DNA of 32,000 nucleotides from Sinorhizobium meliloti (GCF_017876815.1 NZ_JAGIOS010000001.1:1890001-1922000); one strand, 5' to 3'; shown: positions 12,562-21,315, numbered from the stretch's first letter. Numbers and translations are program-made. The notes: a model not told the origin generated them from the letters alone.

Positions 12562-13779
12562 TTACCTGCGCAGGGCGCGCAACAGATGCTGTGTAGGCTC
12601 CCCGTCCGGCGCCAGGCCGTTCTGGTTCTGGAACGCCTGGATTGCGGCTTTCGAGCCCGAGCCGAAATTGCCGTCGACTTCGCCGTCGTAATAGCCGAGT
12701 TCCTTCAACCGGTTCTGCAGCTCGAATTTTTCGCTGATGTCGAGCGAACCGTCCGGACGCGGCCAGCGTTGCTGCATGCCGGCATAGCCTGCGATCTGAT
12801 CGGCAAGAAGCCCGACCCCGAGCGCGTAGGAATCGGAGGCGTTATAGCGCTTGATGACGAAGAAGTTCTTCGTCATCAGGAAGCCGGGACCGTTGCCGCC
12901 CCCGGGCAGCTTCAGTTCGGCCCGCATCTTCGGATTGCTGAAGCCCTTGCCGCCCGGGCGGGCGAAGCCGAGGGCCGCCCACTGACCGAGCGTCTTCGTC
13001 TGGCCCGAATATTTTGCCCCATTGGCCGGCGGGACGACCTCGTAACCCCATGTTTCGCCGGGTCGCCAGCCGTTCTTCCGCAAGAGATTGGCGGCCGTTG
13101 CAAGCGCGTCGGGCACCGAATTCCAGATATCCCGATGGCCGTTGCCGTCGGCATCGACCGCATAGAGCAGATAGCTCGTCGGAATGAACTGGGTGTGTCC
13201 CATTGCGCCCGCCCAGGAACCTGTCAGCTCCCGCGGGGTGATGTCGCCGCTCTGCAGGATCTTCAGTGCCGCGATGAGCTGGGTCTTGGCAAATTTGGAC
13301 CGTCTCGAATCGGCATAGGCAAGGGTCGCCAGCGCGCGCGGCACGTAGTGCAGCCGGTCGTCTTTCTGGAGAATCGCGCCGTAGTTCGATTCCATCGACC
13401 AGATGGCGAGCAGGATGGATTTGTCGACGCCGTAGTGCCGTTCGAGGGCGTTGAGCGTGCGGGCATGCTTCGCCGCCATTTCCTGTCCTATCCGCTTGGT
13501 GTACGGATTGACACGCGCGTCGACATACTCCCAGATCTTGTGCTTGAATTCGGGCTGATAGGCCGCCTTCTCCAGCACGGCCGGGTCAGGCGTCTTCACG
13601 CCGGCGAAGGCCTTGCGATAGGTCGCCTGGCTGATGCCGTTCTTGGCAGCCGTTGCATAGAAGTTATTGATCCAGTTTTGAAAACCTTGATCCGCACGCG
13701 CGGGCGACGACCCAAAAGCGGCGGCAACAACGAGAGCGGCGGCGATATGTCGGAAGAACGTCCTGCGGTTTCTCATCAT
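12562..13779 (-). CDS. Lytic murein transglycosylase (MltB/Slt35-like, SLT_2) with a C-terminal peptidoglycan-binding domain
   Basis: Signal peptide 'MMRNRRTFFRHIAAALVVAAAFGSSPARA', catalytic-Glu motif 'WSMESNYG', 'AGAMGHTQFIPTSY', and a C-terminal PG_binding_1-like 'LQNRLKELGYYDGEVDGNFGSGSKAAIQAFQ'. Confidence 0.92.
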   Translation of the reverse strand: MMRNRRTFFRHIAAALVVAAAFGSSPARADQGFQNWINNFYATAAKNGISQATYRKAFAGVKTPDPAVLEKAAYQPEFKHKIWEYVDARVNPYTKRIGQEMAAKHARTLNALERHYGVDKSILLAIWSMESNYGAILQKDDRLHYVPRALATLAYADSRRSKFAKTQLIAALKILQSGDITPRELTGSWAGAMGHTQFIPTSYLLYAVDADGNGHRDIWNSVPDALATAANLLRKNGWRPGETWGYEVVPPANGAKYSGQTKTLGQWAALGFARPGGKGFSNPKMRAELKLPGGGNGPGFLMTKNFFVIKRYNASDSYALGVGLLADQIAGYAGMQQRWPRPDGSLDISEKFELQNRLKELGYYDGEVDGNFGSGSKAAIQAFQNQNGLAPDGEPTQHLLRALRR

Positions 13780-14081
13780 CTGCTGTCGGTTCCGTTTCTC
13801 GGTGGAGCGTTCAGCCGGCGTTCATGCCGGACCGACTACTCCGAGGTTCGCAATTTGCCCGCACCAGGCCACTGGAAAGGGCAGTATGCGGTTCTTCTAG
13901 TGACCGGACGGCAAAAAACCGTACCTGGTCGAGGGAGAAGCCTACAGAAACGAAGTCAACAAAGTCTTTACCATGAAAAAACCGAGTCGTCTTCCTTCGC
14001 AAAAAATTGGCAATCGGCGACTAAATCCAATTCAATTATCCTGTTTCAGGCTAGACTGAGATGCACTGCAAGGAGGTGCCA

Positions 14082-14969
14082 ATGACCGACAAGCGCAAAG
14101 TCCGCAAAGCCGTTTTCCCCGTTGCAGGTCTCGGGACCCGTTTCCTTCCGGCGACCAAGGCGGTTCCGAAGGAGATGCTGACGGTGGTGGACAAGCCGGT
14201 CATCCAATATGTTGTCGATGAGGCGCTCGAAGCCGGCATCGAGCATCTGATTTTCGTGACCGGCCGCAGCAAGGCGGTCATCGAGGACTATTTCGACATC
14301 CAGGTCGAATTGGACCAGACGCTGCGCGAGCGCAACAAAAAGGCGGAGATCGAGCTCCTCGAAGCCATGCTGCCGAAGGCCGGCACCACGAGCTTCACCC
14401 GCCAGCAGGCACCCCTGGGCCTCGGCCATGCCGTCTGGTGCGCCCGCGATCTCGTCGGCAATGAGCCCTTCGCTCTGCTCCTGCCCGATATGATCATGAA
14501 GGGCGAGAAGGGTTGCCTCAAGGGCATGGTCGAGCTCTACGAAGAGTCCGGCGGCAACGTCGTCGCGGTGGAGGAATGCGCGCCCGACCAGGCGCATAAA
14601 TACGGGATCGTCGGAGTGGGCGAGACGGTCGGCGACGGTTTCAGGATCACCAGGATGGTCGAGAAGCCGGCCAAGGGGACGGCTCCGTCGAACTTCTTCA
14701 TCAATGGCCGCTACATCCTGCAGCCGGAGATTTTCCCGATCCTGGAAACGCAGGAACGCGGCGCCGGCAACGAGATCCAGCTGACCGACGGCATGGTGAA
14801 GCTTGCCGAGGCCCAGCCCTTCGCCGCCTATCACTTCCGCGGCGATACGTATGACTGCGGCGCCAAGGACGGCTTCATCCTGGCGAACGTCGCCTTCGCT
14901 CTCGAGCGCGGCGATATCCGCCCCATCGTGGAAGGACCGTTGAAGACGCTCCTGCAGGGTCTTAAGTAA
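14082..14969 (+). CDS. galU: UTP--glucose-1-phosphate uridylyltransferase
   Basis: '[35 protein letters not shown]' signature. ATG 14082 is preceded by SD 'aaggagg' (14070-14076). 295 aa. Confidence 0.95.
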   Translation: MTDKRKVRKAVFPVAGLGTRFLPATKAVPKEMLTVVDKPVIQYVVDEALEAGIEHLIFVTGRSKAVIEDYFDIQVELDQTLRERNKKAEIELLEAMLPKAGTTSFTRQQAPLGLGHAVWCARDLVGNEPFALLLPDMIMKGEKGCLKGMVELYEESGGNVVAVEECAPDQAHKYGIVGVGETVGDGFRITRMVEKPAKGTAPSNFFINGRYILQPEIFPILETQERGAGNEIQLTDGMVKLAEAQPFAAYHFRGDTYDCGAKDGFILANVAFALERGDIRPIVEGPLKTLLQGLK

Positions 14970-14985
14970 TCTCGCTTGTATAGCC

Positions 14986-15012
14986 GGGAAAGCCGCGCAA
15001 CGCGGCCTTCCC
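14986..15012. terminator. Hairpin between the convergent galU and outer-membrane-protein genes (possible bidirectional terminator)
   Basis: 'gggaaagccgcg' / 'caa' / 'cgcggccttccc' gives a 12-bp stem with one mismatch. It lies 17 nt after the galU stop and abuts the stop of the minus-strand gene. No clear U-tract. Confidence 0.4.
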
Positions 15013-15014
15013 GC

Positions 15015-16427
15015 TCAGCGTCGCAGCGTCAGGCCGAGGCCAACCCGCGTGGTATCGGTCGAGGTGCCTTCGTCCCTGTCCGTGCGCTCGTAGCTCACGT
15101 CTCCGGTGAGCGCGAGATAGCGGCTCATGTCCCAGGTGAGCCCGGCGCCGGTTCGCCAGGTGGTCTCGTCGGATGCGGTGGCGTCGGAAGGAAAATCGCG
15201 CAGGGTGAGACTGTTCGAAAGCCGGCCGACGAGGGTCGAACGCAACTGATGCGTGACCACGTTCGTCAGTTCGTAGTTGATCGATCCAGCCTCGCCCGGA
15301 GTGGTCGACGGATCGACATAGGTCAGCACGCCGAAAAGGACGTCGGTGCCGCGGTGCGGCGACCAGTTGACGCGGCCGTCGAGCGAGAGCCCGCTCAGGT
15401 CTGCGAGCCGTGCATCGTCGAAGCGGAAGGTCTCGTAACCGAGCGCCAGTTCTCCGTTGAGCTTCTCGCCGAGATCGACCTCCATGCCGGCGCGGCCCGC
15501 ATAGCTCTCATAGGAGCGCTCGAAGCCGAACGTATCCCGACGCAGATCATAGATCGATTTGCCGACGGAGGCCTCGAGGAAGGGGATGAGGGCCGGCGAA
15601 AGCTCGTAGCCGATCCGCCCGGTGAGCGTGCCGAGATTGCGGTCGCGGTCCTCCTGCGAGAGCGTCGTCCCATTGTCGAGCTCGACATCGCCATAGGTGC
15701 GGCGCTCGAAATCCACGCCGAGCGAGCCGCGAATGAGACCGAGGTCGCGCTCGACCGCGGCGCCCAGCCGATAGCTGTCGACGCCGGATTGGCTGTCCGC
15801 ATTGGCGATGGCATTCGGGTCGTTCGCATCTTCGCGTTCGAAACTGTAGCCTGCCCTCAGCCGCGCAATGGTCTGCGCGCCGAGGTCGAGGCGCAGTTCT
15901 GCGTCGATGTCGGCGCGCGGCTCCTCCTGGCCTTCGCCGGATATGTTGTCCTGGATCACGCCTTCGCCGGTCACGCTGAGCTGATGGCGGGACCAGTCGG
16001 AAGTGAGCGAACCCTTGAGCCCGGTCTCCATGAAGCTCCGGCTCTGGCTGCTGCCGCCGTTCTTCTGCCGTTCGTGGTTGAAGGTCTCGCTGAGCGCCGG
16101 CTTCAGAACGAAGGTGCCGATGCGAATGCCGGGTGCCTGGCCGTCATCGGGATCGATCCGCCTGCGCAGCCCGTCGATCGTCTCCTCGCGCCGGTTCAGG
16201 CGGTTGAAGTCCTCGTCCAGAGCCGGCGAAAGGTCGGTGCCGGCAACGGCGCCGGTCGACTGCGGGTCGATCGTGGTGGGAAGCGGTTGACCTGCAGGGA
16301 TGGCGACGGTGGCGCTCGCGGGCGGTGGATTGCCGAGGCTTTGCGCGCTCGCCGGCGCACAGGCGAGAAAAGCGCAGCCCGCCAGCAGCCATGCCGGCGG
16401 CTTCACACGCAAGGCGCCCGCCATCAT
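15015..16427 (-). CDS. Outer-membrane beta-barrel protein of unknown function (porin-like; possibly BBP2/DUF2320-type)
   Basis: Signal peptide 'MMAGALRVKPPAWLLAGCAFLACAPASA|QS', then an extended Pro/Asp-rich segment of about 100 aa. After that come alternating amphipathic beta-strand repeats, ending in 'RVGLGLTLRR'. The start is uncertain (ATG 16427/16424, or ATG 16451). 'LAGC' could also be read as a weak lipobox. Confidence 0.75.
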   Translation of the reverse strand: MMAGALRVKPPAWLLAGCAFLACAPASAQSLGNPPPASATVAIPAGQPLPTTIDPQSTGAVAGTDLSPALDEDFNRLNRREETIDGLRRRIDPDDGQAPGIRIGTFVLKPALSETFNHERQKNGGSSQSRSFMETGLKGSLTSDWSRHQLSVTGEGVIQDNISGEGQEEPRADIDAELRLDLGAQTIARLRAGYSFEREDANDPNAIANADSQSGVDSYRLGAAVERDLGLIRGSLGVDFERRTYGDVELDNGTTLSQEDRDRNLGTLTGRIGYELSPALIPFLEASVGKSIYDLRRDTFGFERSYESYAGRAGMEVDLGEKLNGELALGYETFRFDDARLADLSGLSLDGRVNWSPHRGTDVLFGVLTYVDPSTTPGEAGSINYELTNVVTHQLRSTLVGRLSNSLTLRDFPSDATASDETTWRTGAGLTWDMSRYLALTGDVSYERTDRDEGTSTDTTRVGLGLTLRR

Positions 16428-16464
16428 CGAGCGTGAGATATTGGGCACCATGCGCCGTCTGTCC

Positions 16465-16520
16465 GCAATTGATTGCAATCGTTTCGCAATCGTAAAGGCG
16501 CGTGGTTAATCAATCGTTTC
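16465..16520 (-). promoter_or_regulatory. Phased short repeats upstream of the outer-membrane-protein gene
   Basis: 'gcaat' at 16465, 16475 and 16486 (spacing 10 and 11 nt). 'caatcgtttc' occurs twice (16476-16485 and 16511-20). Function unknown. Confidence 0.3.
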
Positions 16521-16555
16521 TCTACCGCATTTCCGAACGCGGTTTTCCGATGTGC

Positions 16556-17011
16556 TCAGATCTGCTCGACCGTCAGGTGGCGGCCGCTGCTCGCGACGAT
16601 GCGAACGCGTGCGCCGACCGGAAGGTCGGGGCCTTCGACGGACCAGGTCGTGTCGTCGAGCCGGACGCGTCCGCGGCCTTCCGCGATCGGCTGCTCGAGC
16701 ACTGCCGTCCGTCCGACCAGGCTTTCGCCGCGCCTGTTGAGCAGCGGCTCGTCGCTCTCGGCGGAAGAGGAGACGAAGCGCCGCCCGATAAGGACGGAGG
16801 CGACCGAAAGCAAGGCGAAGGCGACGAACTGCACCTGCCAGCTCCAGAACGGCGCCTCCCAGAAGAAAAGCGAGAGGGCCCCGGTGACGAGCGCGGCGAG
16901 TGCGATCCACACGAGGAATACGCCGGGCAGGATCAGCTCCGCCGCCAGCAGCAGGAGGCCGAGGACCCACCAGCTCCAGGGGCCGAGTTCGAGGATGATG
17001 CGCGTGATCAT
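16556..17011 (-). CDS. NfeD-family membrane protein (YbbJ-like)
   Basis: Three or four N-terminal TM helices and a C-terminal OB-fold 'GRGRVRLDDTTWSVEGPDLPVGARVRIV'. It starts 9 nt after the stop of the upstream SPFH gene. Confidence 0.9.
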   Translation of the reverse strand: MITRIILELGPWSWWVLGLLLLAAELILPGVFLVWIALAALVTGALSLFFWEAPFWSWQVQFVAFALLSVASVLIGRRFVSSSAESDEPLLNRRGESLVGRTAVLEQPIAEGRGRVRLDDTTWSVEGPDLPVGARVRIVASSGRHLTVEQI

Positions 17012-17020
17012 GGGCGATCC

Positions 17021-18007
17021 TCAGGGCGTTTCCGAGGGAACGGACGGACCGGTTCGGGGCGTGGACTGGCGCTGGCGCGGGGAGGACGCGGTGCCTTCAC
17101 CGAAGACCTCCTTCGCGATCGCGCCTATGCCGCCGAGTGATCCGATGAGCGACGAGGCTTCCATCGGCATCAGGACGATCTTCTGGTTATTCGCCGTCCC
17201 GATCGCGGCAAGGGCCTCGGTGTATTTCTGCGCGACGAAATAGTTGATCGCCTGCACGTCGCCGGCGGCGATCGCCTCGGAGACCATCCGGGTCGCCTTG
17301 GCCTCCGCCTCGGCCAGGCGCTCGCGCGCCTCCGCCTCGCGATAGGCGGCCTCGCGCTGGCCTTCGGCCTGGAGGATCGCCGATTGCTTCGCGCCTTCGG
17401 CACGCAGGATCTGCGCATTTCTCGAGCCCTCGGCTTCGAGCACCTGCGCGCGCTTCTCGCGCTCCGCCTTCATCTGCCGGGCCATGGCGTCGACCAGGTC
17501 TTTCGGCGGCGCGATGTCCTTGATCTCGATGCGGGTGATCTTGATGCCCCAGGGATTGGCGGCCTCGTCTACGACGTGGAGCAATCGATCGTTGATCGTG
17601 TCGCGGTTCGACAGGAGTTCGTCGAGGTCCATCGAACCCATGACGGAGCGGATATTGGTCATCGTCAGGTTGAGGAGCGCGTTTTCCAGGTTGGCGACCT
17701 GGTAGGCCGCCTGTGCGGCGTTCAATACCTGGTAAAAGGCGACCGCATCCGCGGAGACGCTCGCATTGTCCTTGGTGATGACCTCCTGCGTCGGAACGTC
17801 GAGCACCTGCTCCATCACGCTCAGCTTGGAACCGATGCGATCGATGAAGGGGACGATGAGATTCAGCCCCGGCTCCATCGTCCTCGTGTAACGGCCGAAA
17901 CGTTCGACCGTATATCGGTAGCCCTGCGGCACCGTCTTGATCCCGGCAAAGAGCACGAGGATCACGACAACGACGAATGCGACGACTGCGATATCCATAC
18001 CGCCCAT
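17021..18007 (-). CDS. SPFH/Band-7 (stomatin/QmcA-like) membrane protein
   Basis: 'VPQGYRYTVERFGRYTRTMEPGLNLIVPFIDRI', then a coiled-coil region rich in AEAE/REAE. ATG 18007 is preceded by 'aaggaagggg' with a 5-nt spacer. 328 aa. Confidence 0.92.
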   Translation of the reverse strand: MGGMDIAVVAFVVVVILVLFAGIKTVPQGYRYTVERFGRYTRTMEPGLNLIVPFIDRIGSKLSVMEQVLDVPTQEVITKDNASVSADAVAFYQVLNAAQAAYQVANLENALLNLTMTNIRSVMGSMDLDELLSNRDTINDRLLHVVDEAANPWGIKITRIEIKDIAPPKDLVDAMARQMKAEREKRAQVLEAEGSRNAQILRAEGAKQSAILQAEGQREAAYREAEARERLAEAEAKATRMVSEAIAAGDVQAINYFVAQKYTEALAAIGTANNQKIVLMPMEASSLIGSLGGIGAIAKEVFGEGTASSPRQRQSTPRTGPSVPSETP

Positions 18008-18110
18008 GACAGCCCCTTCCTTTTGCAACTCCAGCGTTTGGAGTCGCGCCCGAGTGATCAGGTGGCGATTCGCCGGGATAATTCAAGCACCGAGCGGAAC
18101 CGGATGAACT

Positions 18111-19139
18111 TTACAGCCAGCCCTCAAGCTCGCGGCGCACCACATGGTTGAGCACGGCCATGCCTTCGGGACTGTCGTTCAGGCAAGGTATATGGGCGAA
18201 TTTCTCGCCGCCGTTATGGTGGAAGCTCTCGGCGGCCTGGCCGGCGATCTCTTCGAGCGTCTCCAGACAGTCGGAAACGAAGCCCGGATTGATGACGGCG
18301 ATCCGCTTCACGCCTTCCTTGGCCAGTCTTTCCACGGTGGCGTCCGTATAGGGCTGCAGCCACTCTTCCGGGCCGAAGCGCGACTGGAAGGTGACTTGAA
18401 GTCTGTCCTGCGGCCAGCCGAGTTTTTCGCGGAGCAGCCGCGCAGTCTTCTGGCATTGGCAATAATAGGGGTCGCCTTTTTCGAAATAACTCTTCGGGAT
18501 GCCGTGGAAGGAGGCGAGCACGAGTTCCGGCTCCCAATCGAGAGTCGCGAGATGTTTGTTTATCGAGGTGGCCAGGGCATCGATATAGACCGGGTCGTCG
18601 TGATAGGGCGGCACGGTTCTGAGCGCCGGCTGCCAGCGCATCTTGAGCAGGGCCTCGAAGGCCTTGTCGTTGACGGTGGCGGTGGTGGCTGCGGCATATT
18701 GCGGATAGAGCGGGAAAACGAGAATCCGCTCGCATCCGGCCTTCTGCAGCGCCTCGATGCGCGACGCGATCGAGGGCTGGCCATAGCGCATCGCCCAGTC
18801 GACGACGACCTGCGGCTGGCCGCCAAAGGCCTCGGCCATCAGTGCCGCCTGGTTGCGCGTGTAGGTCCTGAGCCAGCTTTCGTTCAGGTCCTTGTTCCAG
18901 ATGAGCTCGTAGGCCTTGCCGACCTTGCGCGGCCGGGTGTTGAGCACGATGCCGTAGAGGATCGGATACCAGAAGAGACGCGACCATTCGATCACGCGCC
19001 TGTCGCTCAGGAACTCCCTGAGATAGCGGCGCATGGAGGTCACGTCGGTGCCGTCCGGCGTGCCGAGATTTACCAGGAGCACGCCCAGCTTCCCGTAGCC
19101 GACGGCGGGGTGTTCGGTGTTCGCATCCATGGCTGTCAT
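18111..19139 (-). CDS. hemH: Ferrochelatase
   Basis: 'GVLLVNLGTPDGTD...RRYLREFLSDRRV', 'LASFHGIPKSYFEKGDPY', 'QSRFGPEEWLQPYT'. 342 aa. Confidence 0.96.
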   Translation of the reverse strand: MTAMDANTEHPAVGYGKLGVLLVNLGTPDGTDVTSMRRYLREFLSDRRVIEWSRLFWYPILYGIVLNTRPRKVGKAYELIWNKDLNESWLRTYTRNQAALMAEAFGGQPQVVVDWAMRYGQPSIASRIEALQKAGCERILVFPLYPQYAAATTATVNDKAFEALLKMRWQPALRTVPPYHDDPVYIDALATSINKHLATLDWEPELVLASFHGIPKSYFEKGDPYYCQCQKTARLLREKLGWPQDRLQVTFQSRFGPEEWLQPYTDATVERLAKEGVKRIAVINPGFVSDCLETLEEIAGQAAESFHHNGGEKFAHIPCLNDSPEGMAVLNHVVRRELEGWL

Positions 19140-19198
19140 CCCGGTTCTCGTGAGGCGGCCGCGCTTCTGCGTGGCTGCGCGGCAGTTTCAAATCCTTC

Positions 19199-19234
19199 TA
19201 AAAAGAAATACCGGCGCGGGAAAGCCCGCGCCGG
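19199..19234 (-). terminator. Rho-independent terminator of the 5'-nucleotidase gene
   Basis: On the minus strand: 'ccggcgcggg-cttt-cccgcgccgg' followed by 'tatttcttttt'. It lies 24 nt downstream of the stop codon at 19259-19261. Confidence 0.85.
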
Positions 19235-19258
19235 TCGCAAATGTCGAGGCAAATTGTC

Positions 19259-21145
19259 TTACTCGGCCGGGATCTCCAGCTCGCGGCCGATTTCGAGCGC
19301 CCGCGGCGCCGGATCGCCATTGGCCGACGATATCCGCTTCCATTCGGTGCCGCTGCCGTAGAAGGACTGGGCGAGGTCCCACAGCGTGTCGCCCCGGACG
19401 ATGACGTGCTTGCGCGGACCTTCGGCTGCGGCCGCTGCCTCGGCCGAAGGCTCCGGGGCTGGGGCGGCCGTTCCGCCTTCGGCCGGCTTTGCGGCGGCTT
19501 CCGGCTCCGGTGCAGCGCTCGGCGACGCTTCCGGCGCGGCAGCCACTTCTGCTATGCGGCCGTCGGTGTAGGGCTTGAACGGCTGATGCGCCGCAAGATA
19601 GTCCGCAAGCACGGTTTCGAGGCCCGGGCCGTAGTCATAGGCGTTCTCGCCCTTGTCCTTGAAGACCGCATACCCATCGCCGCCGCCGCGCATGAAATTG
19701 TTGCTGACCAGCGAATAGGTCTTTTCCGGATCGAGTGCTGCGAAGGCGTCGCCCTCCTTGACCTCGACGCTGACGAGGCGGCTGCCGGCGGGCTTCGAAC
19801 GATCGAAGGAATATTTGAGGCCCGCGACCTGCGGGAAGCGCCCGCCGCCTTCTTCGACCTGGCTGAGCCCGTTTTCCAGGGCTGCGCGGATGTCGGAGCC
19901 CTTCAGCTGGAAGGTGGAAAGCGTGTTCTGGAAGGGCAGGACGGTGATGACTTCGCCCATCGTCACGTCGCCGCCGTCGATCGAAGCGCGCAAGCCGCCG
20001 CCGTTGGTGATGGCGACCGTCACGCCCTGGCCCTTGACGCGATCGAGCATCGCGTCGGCCACGAGGCTGCCCATCTCGCACTCCTTGGCGCGGCAGGTCT
20101 CGCGCGATCCGTCGATCGGCGCCTCGGTTTTGGCAATCACTTTCGACCGCAACTCTTCGATGGGCTTGGCGAGTTCCTTGACGCGCGCGACCACGGCCTC
20201 GTCCGGCTTTACGGAGGAATCGACGAGGATCGGGTCGCCCTTGGCGGCCTTGACCACGCCGCTGTCGTCGAACGTCACCACGAGATCGCCGAGATATTTG
20301 CTGTAGGAGCCGGCCTGTACCACCGGCACCTTGTAGCCCCCGGGATTGTCGACCATCGTCGGGTATGGGCCTTCGGCCTTTTCGTCGGTGTTGGAAAGCA
20401 GGCTGTGGGAGTGGCCGCCGACCACCACGTCGACGTCCGGGATCTTGGCGATCGCCGCGAGGTCTCGCGGGTAGCCGACATGGGTGAGCGCGATGATCTT
20501 GTTGACGCCCTGCTTTTTGACCTCTTCGATCGCGCTGGTGATGGTTGCCACGTCCTCGCCGATGAGGATGTCCGGCCCGACCGACGAGAGCTCCGGCGTG
20601 TCGTTGGCCACTGCGCCGACGATGCCGATCTTCTGCCCGCCGACATCGAGCACGATCGACGGCTTGATCCGGTCGCCGATCTTCGACTTGTGGCTCGGCA
20701 GCACATTGGCGGTGACGACCGGGAAAGCGACCTTGTCGAGGAAGCTGGCAAGGCCGTCTTCGGCTTCGTCGAACTCGTGGTTGCCGACGGTCATCGCGTC
20801 GAACTTCATCAGGTTGAGGAATTCCGCTTCGGTGGCGCCCTTGTAGGTGGTGAAGAAGAGCGAGCCCTGGAAGTTGTCGCCGGCGTTGAGCAGAAGCACG
20901 TTCTTGCCCGTCAGTTCCTGGCGCTTCTGGTCTATCAGCGTCTTGAGGCGGGCGACGCCTCCGAAGCACTCGTTCTTGCCCTCTTCCTCGGCCGAGCAGG
21001 TCGAATCGAACTTGTTGATCGATTCGATGCGCGAATGAAGGTCGTTGATGTGCAGGATGTTCAATTCATAATCGGCAAAAGCTGCGCCCGACGAGAGCGC
21101 GAGAAGGGAAGCGGCAAAGAGGCCCGTCCGCATGTGTCTGATCAT
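19259..21145 (-). CDS. Secreted 5'-nucleotidase/UDP-sugar hydrolase-type metallophosphoesterase with a C-terminal LysM domain
   Basis: Signal peptide 'MIRHMRTGLFAASLLALSSGAAFA'. Calcineurin-like motifs 'ILHINDLHSR', 'AGDNFQGS', 'GNHEFD', 'GGHSH'. A 5'-nucleotidase C-terminal domain. An Ala/Pro/Glu linker. LysM 'HVIVRGDTLWDLAQSFYGSGTEWKRISSANG...IGRELEIP'. ATG 21145 with SD 'aggag'. Confidence 0.9.
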   Translation of the reverse strand: MIRHMRTGLFAASLLALSSGAAFADYELNILHINDLHSRIESINKFDSTCSAEEEGKNECFGGVARLKTLIDQKRQELTGKNVLLLNAGDNFQGSLFFTTYKGATEAEFLNLMKFDAMTVGNHEFDEAEDGLASFLDKVAFPVVTANVLPSHKSKIGDRIKPSIVLDVGGQKIGIVGAVANDTPELSSVGPDILIGEDVATITSAIEEVKKQGVNKIIALTHVGYPRDLAAIAKIPDVDVVVGGHSHSLLSNTDEKAEGPYPTMVDNPGGYKVPVVQAGSYSKYLGDLVVTFDDSGVVKAAKGDPILVDSSVKPDEAVVARVKELAKPIEELRSKVIAKTEAPIDGSRETCRAKECEMGSLVADAMLDRVKGQGVTVAITNGGGLRASIDGGDVTMGEVITVLPFQNTLSTFQLKGSDIRAALENGLSQVEEGGGRFPQVAGLKYSFDRSKPAGSRLVSVEVKEGDAFAALDPEKTYSLVSNNFMRGGGDGYAVFKDKGENAYDYGPGLETVLADYLAAHQPFKPYTDGRIAEVAAAPEASPSAAPEPEAAAKPAEGGTAAPAPEPSAEAAAAAEGPRKHVIVRGDTLWDLAQSFYGSGTEWKRISSANGDPAPRALEIGRELEIPAE

Positions 21146-21289
21146 GGTCTGCTCCTGTGTGCTGTCGGCCGAGTTCCAGGTAAGACGCGCCGCGCTGTAG
21201 CGGATGTTTTCACCAGTCGAGATCGACTTCAAGCCGCAAACGCATGCCTTCTTTGCCGGATTTCAGATAAGGTTAAGCCCACTCGAAGA

Positions 21290-21315
21290 GAAAAAAGGCC
21301 CCGCTGGAGAGCGGG
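21290..21315 (-). terminator. Probable intrinsic terminator downstream of omp10 and repeat copy C
   Basis: On the minus strand: 'cccgct-ctcc-agcggg', then 'gcc', then 'tttttt'. It overlaps the first nucleotides of repeat copy C. Confidence 0.5.

Noticed and set aside
13913-14006. Three A6 tracts ('aaaaaaccg' twice, 63 nt apart, plus 'aaaaaatt') in the transglycosylase/galU divergent region. Considered as phased DNA-bending elements or terminators.
   Set aside because: No transcript enters this divergent region, so terminators make no sense. Two 9-mer matches and one partial match are compatible with chance in an AT-rich promoter region.
16507-16521. 'TTAAtcaatcgTTTC', resembling a CtrA box (TTAA-N7-TTAAC).
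   Set aside because: Only the first half-site matches; the second half has two or three mismatches. No other TTAA-N7-TTAA site was seen in the intergenic regions.
16518-16545. 11-12-mers ('ctctaccgcat', 'cgcggttttccg') shared with the repeat copies, suggesting another repeat relic downstream of nfeD.
   Set aside because: Exact 11-12-mer matches are expected dozens to hundreds of times by chance among all position pairs in a 32-kb two-strand comparison. The flanking sequence does not align.
18028-18044. Hairpin 'actcca-gcgtt-tggagt' between hemH and the SPFH gene, considered as a hemH terminator.
   Set aside because: Only a 6-bp stem and no U-tract in the transcribed (minus) orientation. hemH and SPFH-nfeD may be co-transcribed or separated by a promoter that I cannot see.
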